Source of the DNA: Pirellulales bacterium
Lineage (GTDB): Bacteria > Planctomycetota > Planctomycetia > Pirellulales > PALSA-1355
Assembly: GCA_041741015.1 (NCBI GenBank)
Contig: JBGSKX010000303.1
Span: forward strand, 4,539 to 68,538
Reading direction: 5' to 3'
Length of the DNA: 64,000 nucleotides
Of this stretch, positions 7,543 to 16,201 are shown piece by piece. The position numbers and the translations under genes are program-made. The notes under the pieces were generated by a model, which saw only the letters and a list, made by a program, of their open reading frames with translations, made no database searches and was not told the origin of the DNA. Numbering within the stretch: position 1 is the stretch's first letter; each line of letters starts with the position of its first letter.

Positions 7543-9711
7543 ATGAAACCTCCGCGAACTCGATTTTTATACGTTGTCCTGATCGCTTGCCTGTTCACGA
7601 CCAACTCAATCGCCGAGACGCGAATTGAGCCCGCTGCGATGGCTAAGCAGGTCACCATCCACCGAGACCAGTGGGGTATCGCGCATATTTCCGGTCCGAC
7701 GGACGCCAGCGTCATTTTTGGTTTCGGCTATTGTCAAGCCGAAGACTATTTTTGGCAGGTCGAAGAGAACTTACTTCGTGCCCTGGGTCGCTGCGCAGAA
7801 TCGGTTGGCGCGAAAATGCTGGATTCCGATTTGCTGTCGCGCAATTTCAATATACCGGCGATGGCCAAAGCTGACTTTGAAAAGCTCGGCCCCATCGATC
7901 GGCAAGTGTGTACCGCGTTCGCCGACGGAATCAACTATTTTCTGGAAACTCATCCTGAGGTGAAACCGCGCATTGTTCAGCGTTTTGAGCCTTGGCATAT
8001 CTTGGCTCACCGGCGGCAAGCGCTTCTTGATTGGACATTTAGCAAGGCGCATGTTCCGCAGGCAGATCAGACAGCGTACGCGTTGTCGACTGCCACGGCC
8101 TCCAACGGCTGGGCGATTGGGCCAAGCAAGACCCGCAGTGGCAGCACGATGCTGTTTATCAATCCACATCAACCGTGGTTTGGCCCCGGCTCCTGGTATG
8201 AAGCTCACCTGAAGAGTGACGAAGGATTGAATTTCAGCGGCGCAGCGTTTTACTGTTTTCCGCTCCCCAGCTTGGGTCGCAACGAGAACTTGGGTTGGGG
8301 GCACACGGCCAACCGTCCCGACGTCGCCGACACGTATCGTTTGACCTTTGACGATCCATCCAACCCTCTCAATTACAAGACTCCTGAGGGATACAAAACG
8401 GCGATCGAGCGGACCGAGGTGATCAAGATCAAAACGCGGTCCGGAATGGACGAAAAAACGCTTGTGTTCTTGGATACCGAGTTTGGTCCCGTCGTGAAAA
8501 AGGAAGACGACAAACACGCAGTCGCCGTCCGCATCACTCGCTACGACGAATCATTAGGCTTTGAGCAAACTCTGGAAATGATCAAGGCCAGAGACTTTGA
8601 CGAGTGGCGTGAAGCCCTCAGGCGAATGGAACTGGTGATGTTCAATTGCATCTACGCCGATCGGGTGGGCAACATCGCTTATGTCTACAACGCCTGCATT
8701 CCACGGCGGAATCCCAAGTACGATTGGACCAAACCGGTTGACGCCGCCGACCCTGAAACCGCCTGGAACGGCTACCATGCGCTGGCCGAATTACCGATGG
8801 TAGTGAATCCGGAAACGGGCTATGTGCAGAACTGTAATCAGTCTCCCTTCACGACAACGGACGACGGCAATCCTTCTCCACTGAACTTTCCCGCTTACAT
8901 GTCCGAGGAAGCCGATGTCGACACGACTCGGGCGCAAGTATCGCGAATGTTGCTCCGAGAAATGGAGGGTGTGACGCTGGATCAATGGGTCGACCATGGA
9001 ATGGATAAAAGATTCTACTGGGCACTGACGAATCTACCTGTTTACGAGCGGCAACTTGGAGAGTTGCGCGACACGGATTCGGAACTGGTCTCGAAAGTCG
9101 AGCCGTATTTGCAGCACCTGTTGGATTGGGATTGTGTTGCTGGCCTCGAGTCGACCGAGGCTACGCTTTGTTTCTATTGGTACCAGGAACTGTACGGCAA
9201 CAAGATGCTCGCTCCGCGCCGTCCGATGTTGCCACAATACATGGTCAGCCACAAGGCGCGGTTGGAAGCGCTGGCGACTGCGGCAGAGCGACTTCAAAAG
9301 GCACATGGCGATTGGAAGACGCCATGGGGAAATGTTTTTCGCATGGTCCGACAAACCAACCTCAGCGCGCCGGCCGACTTGCTGGGACTCGTGACGATTC
9401 CAGAGACCTTGCCATGCCCGGGTATACCAGAGGAGTTGGGAGGCGTCTTGAATACCAGCTACTTCAGCGTTCCGTTCAACAACAAGCAATTTGGGATCGC
9501 CGGACATTCGTATGTGTCTTGTCTGGAGCTAGGCAAGGATGGAATCGAAGCCTGGGCGATCAATACGTTCGGAACAACCGGCGGTGATCGTCAGTCAGCG
9601 CATTTCAGCGACCAAGCCGAACTGTTCTCGAACAGTAAGATGAGGCAATCTTGGTTCGATTGGGACGATGTGTTGGCGAATTCCCAGCGCACCTACCATC
9701 CGGGAGAGTAA
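7543..9711 (+). CDS. Penicillin acylase family Ntn-hydrolase (S45; possible acyl-homoserine-lactone or beta-lactam acylase)
   Basis: N-terminal signal sequence (LYVVLIACLFTTNSIAE). Family N-terminus IHRDQWGIAHISGPTD..FGFGYCQAEDYFWQ. Candidate beta-subunit nucleophile in TATASNGWAIGPSKT. The 722-aa length fits the family. Confidence 0.9.
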   Translation: MKPPRTRFLYVVLIACLFTTNSIAETRIEPAAMAKQVTIHRDQWGIAHISGPTDASVIFGFGYCQAEDYFWQVEENLLRALGRCAESVGAKMLDSDLLSRNFNIPAMAKADFEKLGPIDRQVCTAFADGINYFLETHPEVKPRIVQRFEPWHILAHRRQALLDWTFSKAHVPQADQTAYALSTATASNGWAIGPSKTRSGSTMLFINPHQPWFGPGSWYEAHLKSDEGLNFSGAAFYCFPLPSLGRNENLGWGHTANRPDVADTYRLTFDDPSNPLNYKTPEGYKTAIERTEVIKIKTRSGMDEKTLVFLDTEFGPVVKKEDDKHAVAVRITRYDESLGFEQTLEMIKARDFDEWREALRRMELVMFNCIYADRVGNIAYVYNACIPRRNPKYDWTKPVDAADPETAWNGYHALAELPMVVNPETGYVQNCNQSPFTTTDDGNPSPLNFPAYMSEEADVDTTRAQVSRMLLREMEGVTLDQWVDHGMDKRFYWALTNLPVYERQLGELRDTDSELVSKVEPYLQHLLDWDCVAGLESTEATLCFYWYQELYGNKMLAPRRPMLPQYMVSHKARLEALATAAERLQKAHGDWKTPWGNVFRMVRQTNLSAPADLLGLVTIPETLPCPGIPEELGGVLNTSYFSVPFNNKQFGIAGHSYVSCLELGKDGIEAWAINTFGTTGGDRQSAHFSDQAELFSNSKMRQSWFDWDDVLANSQRTYHPGE

Positions 9712-9770
9712 GCGAATCACGCCCGGTCTGTGCTGGCCGCGGTCGTGTTGAAGTAGTTGGAGAATTAGAG

Positions 9771-9815
9771 GGGACCGGAGGATTAAAGGGGACGGGAGTT
9801 CGCCCGTCCTCTTTA
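9771..9815. repeat. REP doublet forming an imperfect hairpin (REPIN-like), overlapping the higA stop
   Basis: Two tandem units: aattagaggggaccggagg + attaaaggggacgggagtt. The arms taaaggggacggg (9784-9796) and cccgtcctcttta (9803-9815) pair over 13 bp with one G:T and a 6-nt loop. A 17-nt core (9782-9798) is identical to 10768-10784. Confidence 0.6.
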
Positions 9816-10229
9816 GTTCATCCCCTTTGGTCCGTTTCCCGCCAGGAACACCGCTGGCGAAACATTGAACTGCCGCCCCAGCAAAATCGCGTTGCTCTTG
9901 CTGATTCCGCGGTTACCCGTGAGCGCACTGCTGATCGTGGCCGGCGAAATTCCAGTTTGCCGCGCAAGCTCCGCGCGGGTCATCTGGCGAACTTCGAGCA
10001 GGTGCGCGAGCATCGCGCCCGGCGAGATGCTGGGGGTCGGCAGTGTGCGCGATTCGTACTGCTCGACCAGCGTCGAGATGACCTCGATCAACTGGCTGCG
10101 TGCGGCGCCCGGCCGCGGAACCATCAACTGCTCAAGCTGCCGTAGCGCATGCCGATAGTCGCGCTCCGAGCGAATCGGCCGCGGCAGATACTCGACGAGC
10201 AGGTCGCGATACTCAGTGACAGTGCTCAT
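9813..10229 (-). CDS. higA: HigA-family antitoxin (XRE-type HTH)
   Basis: ATG at 10229 (MSTVTEYRDL..). The C-terminal HTH is MTRAELARQTGISPATISSALTGNRGISKSNAILLGRQF. It overlaps the higB stop by 4 nt (ATGA) in toxin-first order. Confidence 0.85.
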   Translation of the reverse strand: MSTVTEYRDLLVEYLPRPIRSERDYRHALRQLEQLMVPRPGAARSQLIEVISTLVEQYESRTLPTPSISPGAMLAHLLEVRQMTRAELARQTGISPATISSALTGNRGISKSNAILLGRQFNVSPAVFLAGNGPKGMN

Positions 10230-10579
10230 GGCTTTGGTTTCCTCGTCGCCTTTGGGGCAATCGCTTCCAGCGGGAGGCAGTCGTGGCACCAGGCCCGCTT
10301 GTCATAGTCCCCATGCGTCAAAAAATGTTTGACCAGCAACGTGCCTTTGGTCCATTGATTCGCATACGTGAAACGGCAAATCAGTCGGTAGTCGTTTCCG
10401 CAGGCGTTGAAAACAAGGCACTGCCCAACTTCATCGGCGCCCGCATAGTCCTGACGCACATCGGCTAATCTGGTCCAGCTAGCCTTGCCGGCGACACTCC
10501 ACCACCCATCCAGCCAGGCACTTGCCAGCGGATATCTCCGCTTGGCGGCGTCAATCGCGGGCCTCGCAATAATGTGCAT
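10226..10579 (-). CDS. higB: HigB-family type II toxin (mRNA interferase)
   Basis: MHIIARPAIDAAKRRYP..W..ASW..ADV..VFNACGNDYRLICRFTY......LLVKHFLTHGDYDK matches the HigB_toxin family pattern. The gene is translationally coupled to higA. Confidence 0.85.
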   Translation of the reverse strand: MHIIARPAIDAAKRRYPLASAWLDGWWSVAGKASWTRLADVRQDYAGADEVGQCLVFNACGNDYRLICRFTYANQWTKGTLLVKHFLTHGDYDKRAWCHDCLPLEAIAPKATRKPKP

Positions 10580-10741
10580 CGACTAAACGTCCGGCACCTG
10601 GTGAAGGATATTTGCAAAATGCAAATAAGTCAAGTTGGCCTGTTTGCAGTTCGCAAACAATACCACCCAGAGGTGCTATATGCAATGGACGGCGCGACGC
10701 GGCCGGCCAGTGGCGCCGCTCCTGTTTCAAAACCGCTTGGG

Positions 10742-10791
10742 AATTAATTAAAGGGGACGGGGAATTAATTAAAGGGGACGGGAGTCTTTTT
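10742..10791. repeat. Tandem REP doublet; its second unit is the left inverted repeat of the RAYT unit
   Basis: aattaattaaaggggacgggg|aattaattaaaggggacgggagtcttttt. Each unit contains the palindrome TTAATTAA. Positions 10771-10791 are the exact reverse complement of 11534-11554. Confidence 0.7.
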
Positions 10792-10794
10792 CGG

Positions 10795-11496
10795 TCATCG
10801 CGTTTGGCTTTGCTCCTCGACGACCGCTCGCGGACGCCCGCGATCGCGCAGCGTGTGCTCCAGTCCAAGCTGCCTGGCAACTTTGCCCTGCCATGCTTCA
10901 CTCCCGTACGGTCGGCCGCGGCGGATGCTCGTGGCGATCGCCTGGGCCTCGGTTTCGTGCTGCGGCTCGTTCACATGCTCGACCCACTGCCGGCCCAGCG
11001 GCACCGGCGATTCACTCACCAGCGGCGGCGCAGCGGCAATGCCCAGCACGCGGCGCGGCAGACTCCCCCACGGATAATCCTCCGCCCGCTTGACGAGCTT
11101 CGCCCGCAGCGGATTGCGTTCGACGTAGCGGAGCACGGCCAGCAGGTGTTCATCGCTGGCGATCGGGAAGGACTTGAAGCGGCCTTGATAGACGTGCCCC
11201 ATGCCGGAAGTGCCGTGATGCGCGTGCCACCGCTGAGCGTGCGTCACGGTGAGCCAGCGGAAGAATTCAGAAACCTGTTCCCCTTCTCCGCGCTTCGGCC
11301 AGACGACGAAGTGCCAATGATTGTTCATCACGACGTAGCCCAGGATCCGCAGCGGCACGCGCTGGCAGGCCTCGGCGATAAGGGCCTCGAATGCGGCGAA
11401 GTCGGCTGGCTTCTTGAATAGCCGTAACCGACCATTCGCGCGGTTCAGCACGTGATAGGCATAGCCACCGATGAGAGTTCGGGCACGTCTATGCAT
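10795..11496 (-). CDS. REP-associated tyrosine transposase (RAYT; IS200/IS605-like Y1 HUH family)
   Basis: HUH motif in VVMNNHWHFVVWP and catalytic-Tyr motif in GMGHVYQGRFKS. I used ATG at 11496 (MHRRARTL); the ORF is open to 11532. Confidence 0.85.
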   Translation of the reverse strand: MHRRARTLIGGYAYHVLNRANGRLRLFKKPADFAAFEALIAEACQRVPLRILGYVVMNNHWHFVVWPKRGEGEQVSEFFRWLTVTHAQRWHAHHGTSGMGHVYQGRFKSFPIASDEHLLAVLRYVERNPLRAKLVKRAEDYPWGSLPRRVLGIAAAPPLVSESPVPLGRQWVEHVNEPQHETEAQAIATSIRRGRPYGSEAWQGKVARQLGLEHTLRDRGRPRAVVEEQSQTR

Positions 11497-11533
11497 GACA
11501 GGTATTGTACGCCCCCTCGAAGGGACCAGCAAA

Positions 11534-11554
11534 AAAAAGACTCCCGTCCCCTTT
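11534..11554. repeat. Right inverted REP arm of the RAYT unit
   Basis: Exact reverse complement of 10771-10791. Confidence 0.7.
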
Positions 11555-11938
11555 TTCTTGCACGGCCAGGGCTGCGCAGGACCACAAGAAACGGGTGTGG
11601 CGCGACTTTGCTATCGGGGGCTTTCGCCACCCGGCTAGAACGGCCGCCGCTCCGCGGCTGAGAACTGCGTGGCCCAGGTTGGACACACTCCATGAAGCGT
11701 CCGTCTGTTCGGCACGTAAGTTAGGTACGAGTCGGACGACTTCGAGTGTCTCTCCAGTTTCCGTTCAACCTCTTGCGTCGTGTCGTCGTGCCGTCGTGGT
11801 TCTCTGCTAACCTTCTGCGCATCGGAACCACCACGGCACAACGGTCCATCCGCCGTCATCCATCGCTCATTTCTCTCGCTCCACTTGGCGGCTTCGCGGC
11901 TTTGCGTTTCACCGACCTCGCGCGGAGACTCAGAAGAC

Positions 11939-11989
11939 GGAGACAGTCCCATTTTGCTCCCAGGGCACCGAAAAATCGGGACAGTCCCC
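11939..11989. repeat. Two copies of a second palindromic motif (GGGACAGTCCC-type) in non-coding DNA
   Basis: ggagacagtccc (11939-11950) and gggacagtcccc (11978-11989) lie in direct orientation. Each is built around the palindrome GGAC-A-GTCC. Confidence 0.35.
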
Positions 11990-12373
11990 TCACCGCGGCA
12001 GCTGAAAAAATCGCATTCTGATTCGCCCTTGCCCGCGTGTGTGGCGCGCTGCCCGCGCAACTCGTTGGCGATCATTGCTCTCGCGTGCGCACCGCGCACA
12101 CCGCCCAGGTGTCCACCAACTCTAGAAATGTGGCCAGGATTTCAGATATGGTACGTTCAGATGAATGTGTACTGGCCGAGCGATGAGCGCGACGATGAGT
12201 GCGAACTTGGGGAACTGGAGAATTCGCGATGCTCATAAAGCCGCTCGCGAGGCCGTGTGTGTGGCACCGAAACAGCATTTGCGCGCATTTCTAAGCGCAC
12301 ACGGGCGAAAAATCAATCGCCAGGAAACAGCCGGGCTGAAAGTTTGCCCAGCACCCGCTCTTTGAAAATTCGC

Positions 12374-13168
12374 TTACGCAAAAAACTCGACCGCGTTCTG
12401 GAACACGCGCAGTCCGTCGCCCGCTTCGCGCGGCGGCTGCCGTGTCCACTGCGGATGGTGCGTGAAGTCGAGATGCCGCTCGGGATGCGGCATCAGCCCG
12501 CACACCCGGCCGGTTGCGTCGCAAATGCCTGCCACGTCGGCCAGCGAGCCGTTGGGGTTCTCGGGATAGGCGACCGAGGCTTGCATCCGCGCGGGACTGG
12601 CCACGCTCGTGCCGTAGCGCAACACGAGCTGGCCGTTCTCTTCGAGAGCCTTGAGCACGCCGGCGCTTTGGGGCACGAACTTCCCCTCGGCATGTGCGAT
12701 CGGCAGGTACATCCGCTCGATGCCGCGGAAGAAGACGCACTTGTCGGCGCCGCTCGTGACCAGCGGCACCCAGCGGTCTTCAAACTTGCCGCCGTCGTTC
12801 CACGAGAGCGTGGCCGGCGCGGTGAAGTCGTCTGCCAGCGGGAGCAGGATGCCGCTCTTGATCAGGATCTGAAAGCCGTTGCAGATGCCCAGAATCAGCT
12901 TGCCGGCGGCATGGAACTCGTGCAGCCAATCCTGCAGGTGATGGCGGATCTGGTTGCCGAGGATCCGGCCCGCGGCAATGTCGTCGCCATAGCTGAACCC
13001 GCCCGGCAGGCACAGGATCTGAAAGTCTGCGAGCCCTGCCGGCGACTCGAGCAGCCGATTAACGTGCAGCGCTTCGGTTCGGCCGCCGGCCCGCTCAAAG
13101 GCGTGCGCAGTCTCCTGGTCGCAGTTGGTGCCTGGTGCTCGCAGGATCAGAACGCGTGGTTGAGCCAT
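12374..13168 (-). CDS. purQ: Phosphoribosylformylglycinamidine synthase subunit PurQ (glutaminase)
   Basis: Begins MAQPRVLILRAPGTNCD. The nucleophile elbow is GICNGFQ and the catalytic His-Glu lies in PIAHAEGKF. Confidence 0.92.
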   Translation of the reverse strand: MAQPRVLILRAPGTNCDQETAHAFERAGGRTEALHVNRLLESPAGLADFQILCLPGGFSYGDDIAAGRILGNQIRHHLQDWLHEFHAAGKLILGICNGFQILIKSGILLPLADDFTAPATLSWNDGGKFEDRWVPLVTSGADKCVFFRGIERMYLPIAHAEGKFVPQSAGVLKALEENGQLVLRYGTSVASPARMQASVAYPENPNGSLADVAGICDATGRVCGLMPHPERHLDFTHHPQWTRQPPREAGDGLRVFQNAVEFFA

Positions 13169-13255
13169 GTCGCTTTGTGCGGCCGCGGTTGCCGGCCCTT
13201 CGATGTTACGGACGTTGGTGGGCGTTATGGACGAGTGTTCTTGTTGACGTAGGAA

Positions 13256-16201
13256 CTACTTCCAGTTGAGCGGAGCCTGCCAGGCGGCTTTCAGCCGATC
13301 GAGTCCGACGACGACGACCGGATGGTGCCCTTGCGTGATCTGCAGATCGGCCGAATCGGTGACCGTGCCAAGCTTGCCGATTGGAACACCGGCGAGCACC
13401 TGGACGAACGCCGGCGCATGCTCGGGCGCCACCTCGCACAGGAAGCGGGTGTTCGATTCGGAAAACAGCAGCACCGCAGCCTCATGCGGATCGGTGATGT
13501 CCGACTGCGGTGCTTGGGCCAGATCGATCTGAGCGCCCAGTCCGCCGGCGAAGGCCATCTCGGCGAGCGCCACGGCCAGGCCACCTTCGCTCAGGTCGTG
13601 GCAGCTTCGCACCAGTCCGGCCGCGATCGCGCGGTGCAGCGCGGCGAACGTCTGCTTTGCCAGCGGAGCATCGACGCGCGGAACCTGGCCGCCTTTCAGA
13701 TGATGCAGGAGCGCGAAATGCGAACCGCCCAGTTCCTCGTGCGTGGCGCCGACCTGGTAAATCAGGTTGCCCGTCGCTTTGAGGTCCATCGTCACGGCCT
13801 GGCGAGCATCAGCCAGCTGGCCGAGGGCGCTGATGAGCAGCGACGGCGGAATGCTGATGAGCTGCGTCTGGCCGGCGCTGTCGACATAGCGGAATTCGTT
13901 GTTCAGGCTGTCCTTGCCGCTGATGAACGGCGTGCCCAGCTCGACGGCCAGGTCGTGGCAGGCGAGCGCCGCGCGGACCAGCGAGCCGAGGGTTTGCGGC
14001 CGATCGGTGTTGCCCCAGCAGAAGTTGTCGAGAATGGCGATTCGTGAAGGATCCGCCCCGACGGCCACGCAGTTGCGAATCGCCTCGTCGATGGCGCTAG
14101 TGGCCATGTGATAGGTGTCGAAGTCGCCGTAATACGGGTTCATGCCGCACGCCACGGCGATTGCCCGACGGCTCCCCGGCACGGGGCAGACGACCGCGGC
14201 ATCGCTGGGACCATCGTTCTGGACGCCGACCAGCGGTTTCACCACGCTGCCGCCTTGCACTTCATGATCGTACTGACGGATGACCCAATGCTTGCTGGCC
14301 ACGTTGAGCGAACCGAGGATCCGCGTGAGGGACTCCGTCGGATTGGCCGCGGCTTCGGCGCTGATTCGCAGCGGGTCTTGCACAGGAGGTTCGTAAACGG
14401 CGTCTCGCACGACGGGCGGCCGTCCGCCGTGCAGGAATTCCATCGACAGATCGCCCACCAGATGTTCGCCATACTTGAGCTGCAAGCGACCTGTGGGCAC
14501 GAACTGGCCGATGATCGTCGCCTCGACGCCTTCGCTCGCGGCGAGCTGGTTGAACGCCTCCCAGTTGGCGGGCGGCACGGCCAGGACCATGCGTTCCTGG
14601 GCTTCGGAGATCCAAATCTCGGTATAGGAGAGACCTTCGTATTTGAGCGGAGCGCGGTCGAGCCAAACTTCGGCGCCAATCTTCTCGCCCATTTCGCCGA
14701 CAGCACTGGAGAAACCGCCAGCGCCGCAATCGGTCACCGCGCTAAACAGGTTGAGATCGCGAGCGGCCAGCAGCACGTCCGCCACCATCTTCTCGGTGAT
14801 TGCATTGCCGATCTGCACGGCTCCGCCCGAGAGGCTTTCGCTTTCGTGCGTGAGTTCGGCCGAACTGAACGTGGCGCCGTGGATACCATCTCGACCGGTG
14901 CGTCCGCCAAGGGCCACGGCGTAGTCGCCCGGCTGCACTTTGCCAAAAGACTTATCGTGCGGAATCAAACCGACGTTGCCGCAATAGACCAGCGGATTGC
15001 CGAGATATCGCGGATCGAAGTAGATCGCCCCGTTCACGGTGGGAATACCCATCCGGTTGCCGTAATCGCGCACCCCGGAGACGACGCCTTGCATCACACG
15101 CTTGGGATTCAGCGCACCGGCGGGCACTTCGCTCAGCGGAGTGTCGGGCGGAGCGAAGCAGAAGACGTCGGTATTGCAGATCGGCTTCGCGCCCAGTCCG
15201 GTGCCGAGCGTGTCGCGGATCACTCCGCCGACGCCGGTATTCGCGCCGCCGTAAGGCTCGAGCGCCGAAGGATGATTATGCGTTTCAACTTTGAAGCAGA
15301 CGTTGTTCGTTTCGTCGAACCGTACCACGCCAGCATTATCGGCAAACACGCTGACGCACCAGTCGTCCTTGCCGAGCGACTGGCGAATCTTGTTCGTCGC
15401 GGCAAAGATGGTTTCCTTGAGCATATTCTGGAACTTACGTTCGCCGTCGGGCCCTCGATAGGCAATGCGGCCGCCGAGCGTTTTGTGGCTGCAGTGCTCG
15501 CTCCAGGTTTGGGCGACGGATTCGAGCTCGATATCAGTCGGGTCGCGATCGAGGGAGCGAAAATGCTGCTGGATCGTCTGCATCTCGACCAGCGACAGAT
15601 AGAGCTGCCCTTCGCGGCTGAGCCTGGTCAGCGCGGCATCGTCGAGCGCACGGATCGGTACGGTCACCCGCTGGAACTGGTAGGGCGAGCCGAGTTCCAG
15701 GTGATCAAACGGCAGGGGCCCGACCACGACCTGTTCGATCGCGTCGTTCGCCAGCACTTTGCCACGGAGCAGGCGGAGCTGCTCGTCACTGATTTCGCCG
15801 AGCCAATACTTGCGGAGCGTTCGGACGGCGTCGGCCTTGAGCTCCAGATCGGCAATCGCGGCGAGTGCGCTCTGAGCGACGGGATCCATCACGCCAGGCT
15901 TCGGCAGCACCTGCACGACTTGCCAGTGGCCAGGGCCTTTCAAACCTGCCGCGGCCGGGTCGATCAGCTTATGATCGCCGACCTTGGTGATGACCGCTCG
16001 CTCGACGACGCTGTCGACCAGCAGTTCGCGGGCAATGCGCGTGATGTCAGTCTCGCTCAGGTTGCCTTGGACCAAGTAGCCAGTCGCGGCCGACTGCAGA
16101 ATTCCCGCGGGCAGTCCGAGTTCAGTCGCGGCGCTATCGGCGCTGGCGGCTGCTCGATTAGGACAGCCCTCGGCCGGATAAATGTCAACTTCCCACAGCA
16201 T
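13256..16201 (-). CDS. purL: Phosphoribosylformylglycinamidine synthase PurL with about 200 aa of tandem PurS-like N-terminal extension
   Basis: The PurL core starts near aa 205 ([39 protein letters not shown]), followed by AIR-synthase-like repeats. Two PurS-like modules precede it (aa 1-85 and about 100-185). Total length is 981 aa. Confidence 0.92.
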   Translation of the reverse strand: MLWEVDIYPAEGCPNRAAASADSAATELGLPAGILQSAATGYLVQGNLSETDITRIARELLVDSVVERAVITKVGDHKLIDPAAAGLKGPGHWQVVQVLPKPGVMDPVAQSALAAIADLELKADAVRTLRKYWLGEISDEQLRLLRGKVLANDAIEQVVVGPLPFDHLELGSPYQFQRVTVPIRALDDAALTRLSREGQLYLSLVEMQTIQQHFRSLDRDPTDIELESVAQTWSEHCSHKTLGGRIAYRGPDGERKFQNMLKETIFAATNKIRQSLGKDDWCVSVFADNAGVVRFDETNNVCFKVETHNHPSALEPYGGANTGVGGVIRDTLGTGLGAKPICNTDVFCFAPPDTPLSEVPAGALNPKRVMQGVVSGVRDYGNRMGIPTVNGAIYFDPRYLGNPLVYCGNVGLIPHDKSFGKVQPGDYAVALGGRTGRDGIHGATFSSAELTHESESLSGGAVQIGNAITEKMVADVLLAARDLNLFSAVTDCGAGGFSSAVGEMGEKIGAEVWLDRAPLKYEGLSYTEIWISEAQERMVLAVPPANWEAFNQLAASEGVEATIIGQFVPTGRLQLKYGEHLVGDLSMEFLHGGRPPVVRDAVYEPPVQDPLRISAEAAANPTESLTRILGSLNVASKHWVIRQYDHEVQGGSVVKPLVGVQNDGPSDAAVVCPVPGSRRAIAVACGMNPYYGDFDTYHMATSAIDEAIRNCVAVGADPSRIAILDNFCWGNTDRPQTLGSLVRAALACHDLAVELGTPFISGKDSLNNEFRYVDSAGQTQLISIPPSLLISALGQLADARQAVTMDLKATGNLIYQVGATHEELGGSHFALLHHLKGGQVPRVDAPLAKQTFAALHRAIAAGLVRSCHDLSEGGLAVALAEMAFAGGLGAQIDLAQAPQSDITDPHEAAVLLFSESNTRFLCEVAPEHAPAFVQVLAGVPIGKLGTVTDSADLQITQGHHPVVVVGLDRLKAAWQAPLNWK

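Larger units (their letters stand above)
10771..11554 (-). mobile_element. RAYT unit: Y1-transposase-like gene bounded by perfect 21-nt inverted REP arms (784 bp)
   Basis: Perfect inverted repeats aaaggggacgggagtcttttt / aaaaagactcccgtccccttt lie 3 nt from the stop and 37 nt from the ATG. This is the layout described for REP-associated tyrosine transposases. Confidence 0.55.

Noticed and set aside
10742-10785. Possible CRISPR-like array (22-nt direct repeats)
   Set aside because: There are only two abutting copies with no spacers and no cas genes. The motif recurs in inverted orientation flanking a RAYT gene, so it is REP-type.
10551-10901. A 116-aa ORF containing PLINSPSPLINS
   Set aside because: The repeated peptide is simply the translation of the tandem REP doublet at 10742-10784. 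The ORF spans the higB start, the repeats and the RAYT stop.
11635-12099. A 154-aa minus-strand ORF in the gene-free stretch
   Set aside because: It has no motif, and part of it is a translation of the GGGACAGTCCC palindromes. It has no RBS and an atypical composition.
16185-16201. The 17-nt overlap between the tyrA 3' end and the purL start as a regulatory feature
   Set aside because: Short same-strand overlaps are common in compact operons, and there is no additional structure here.
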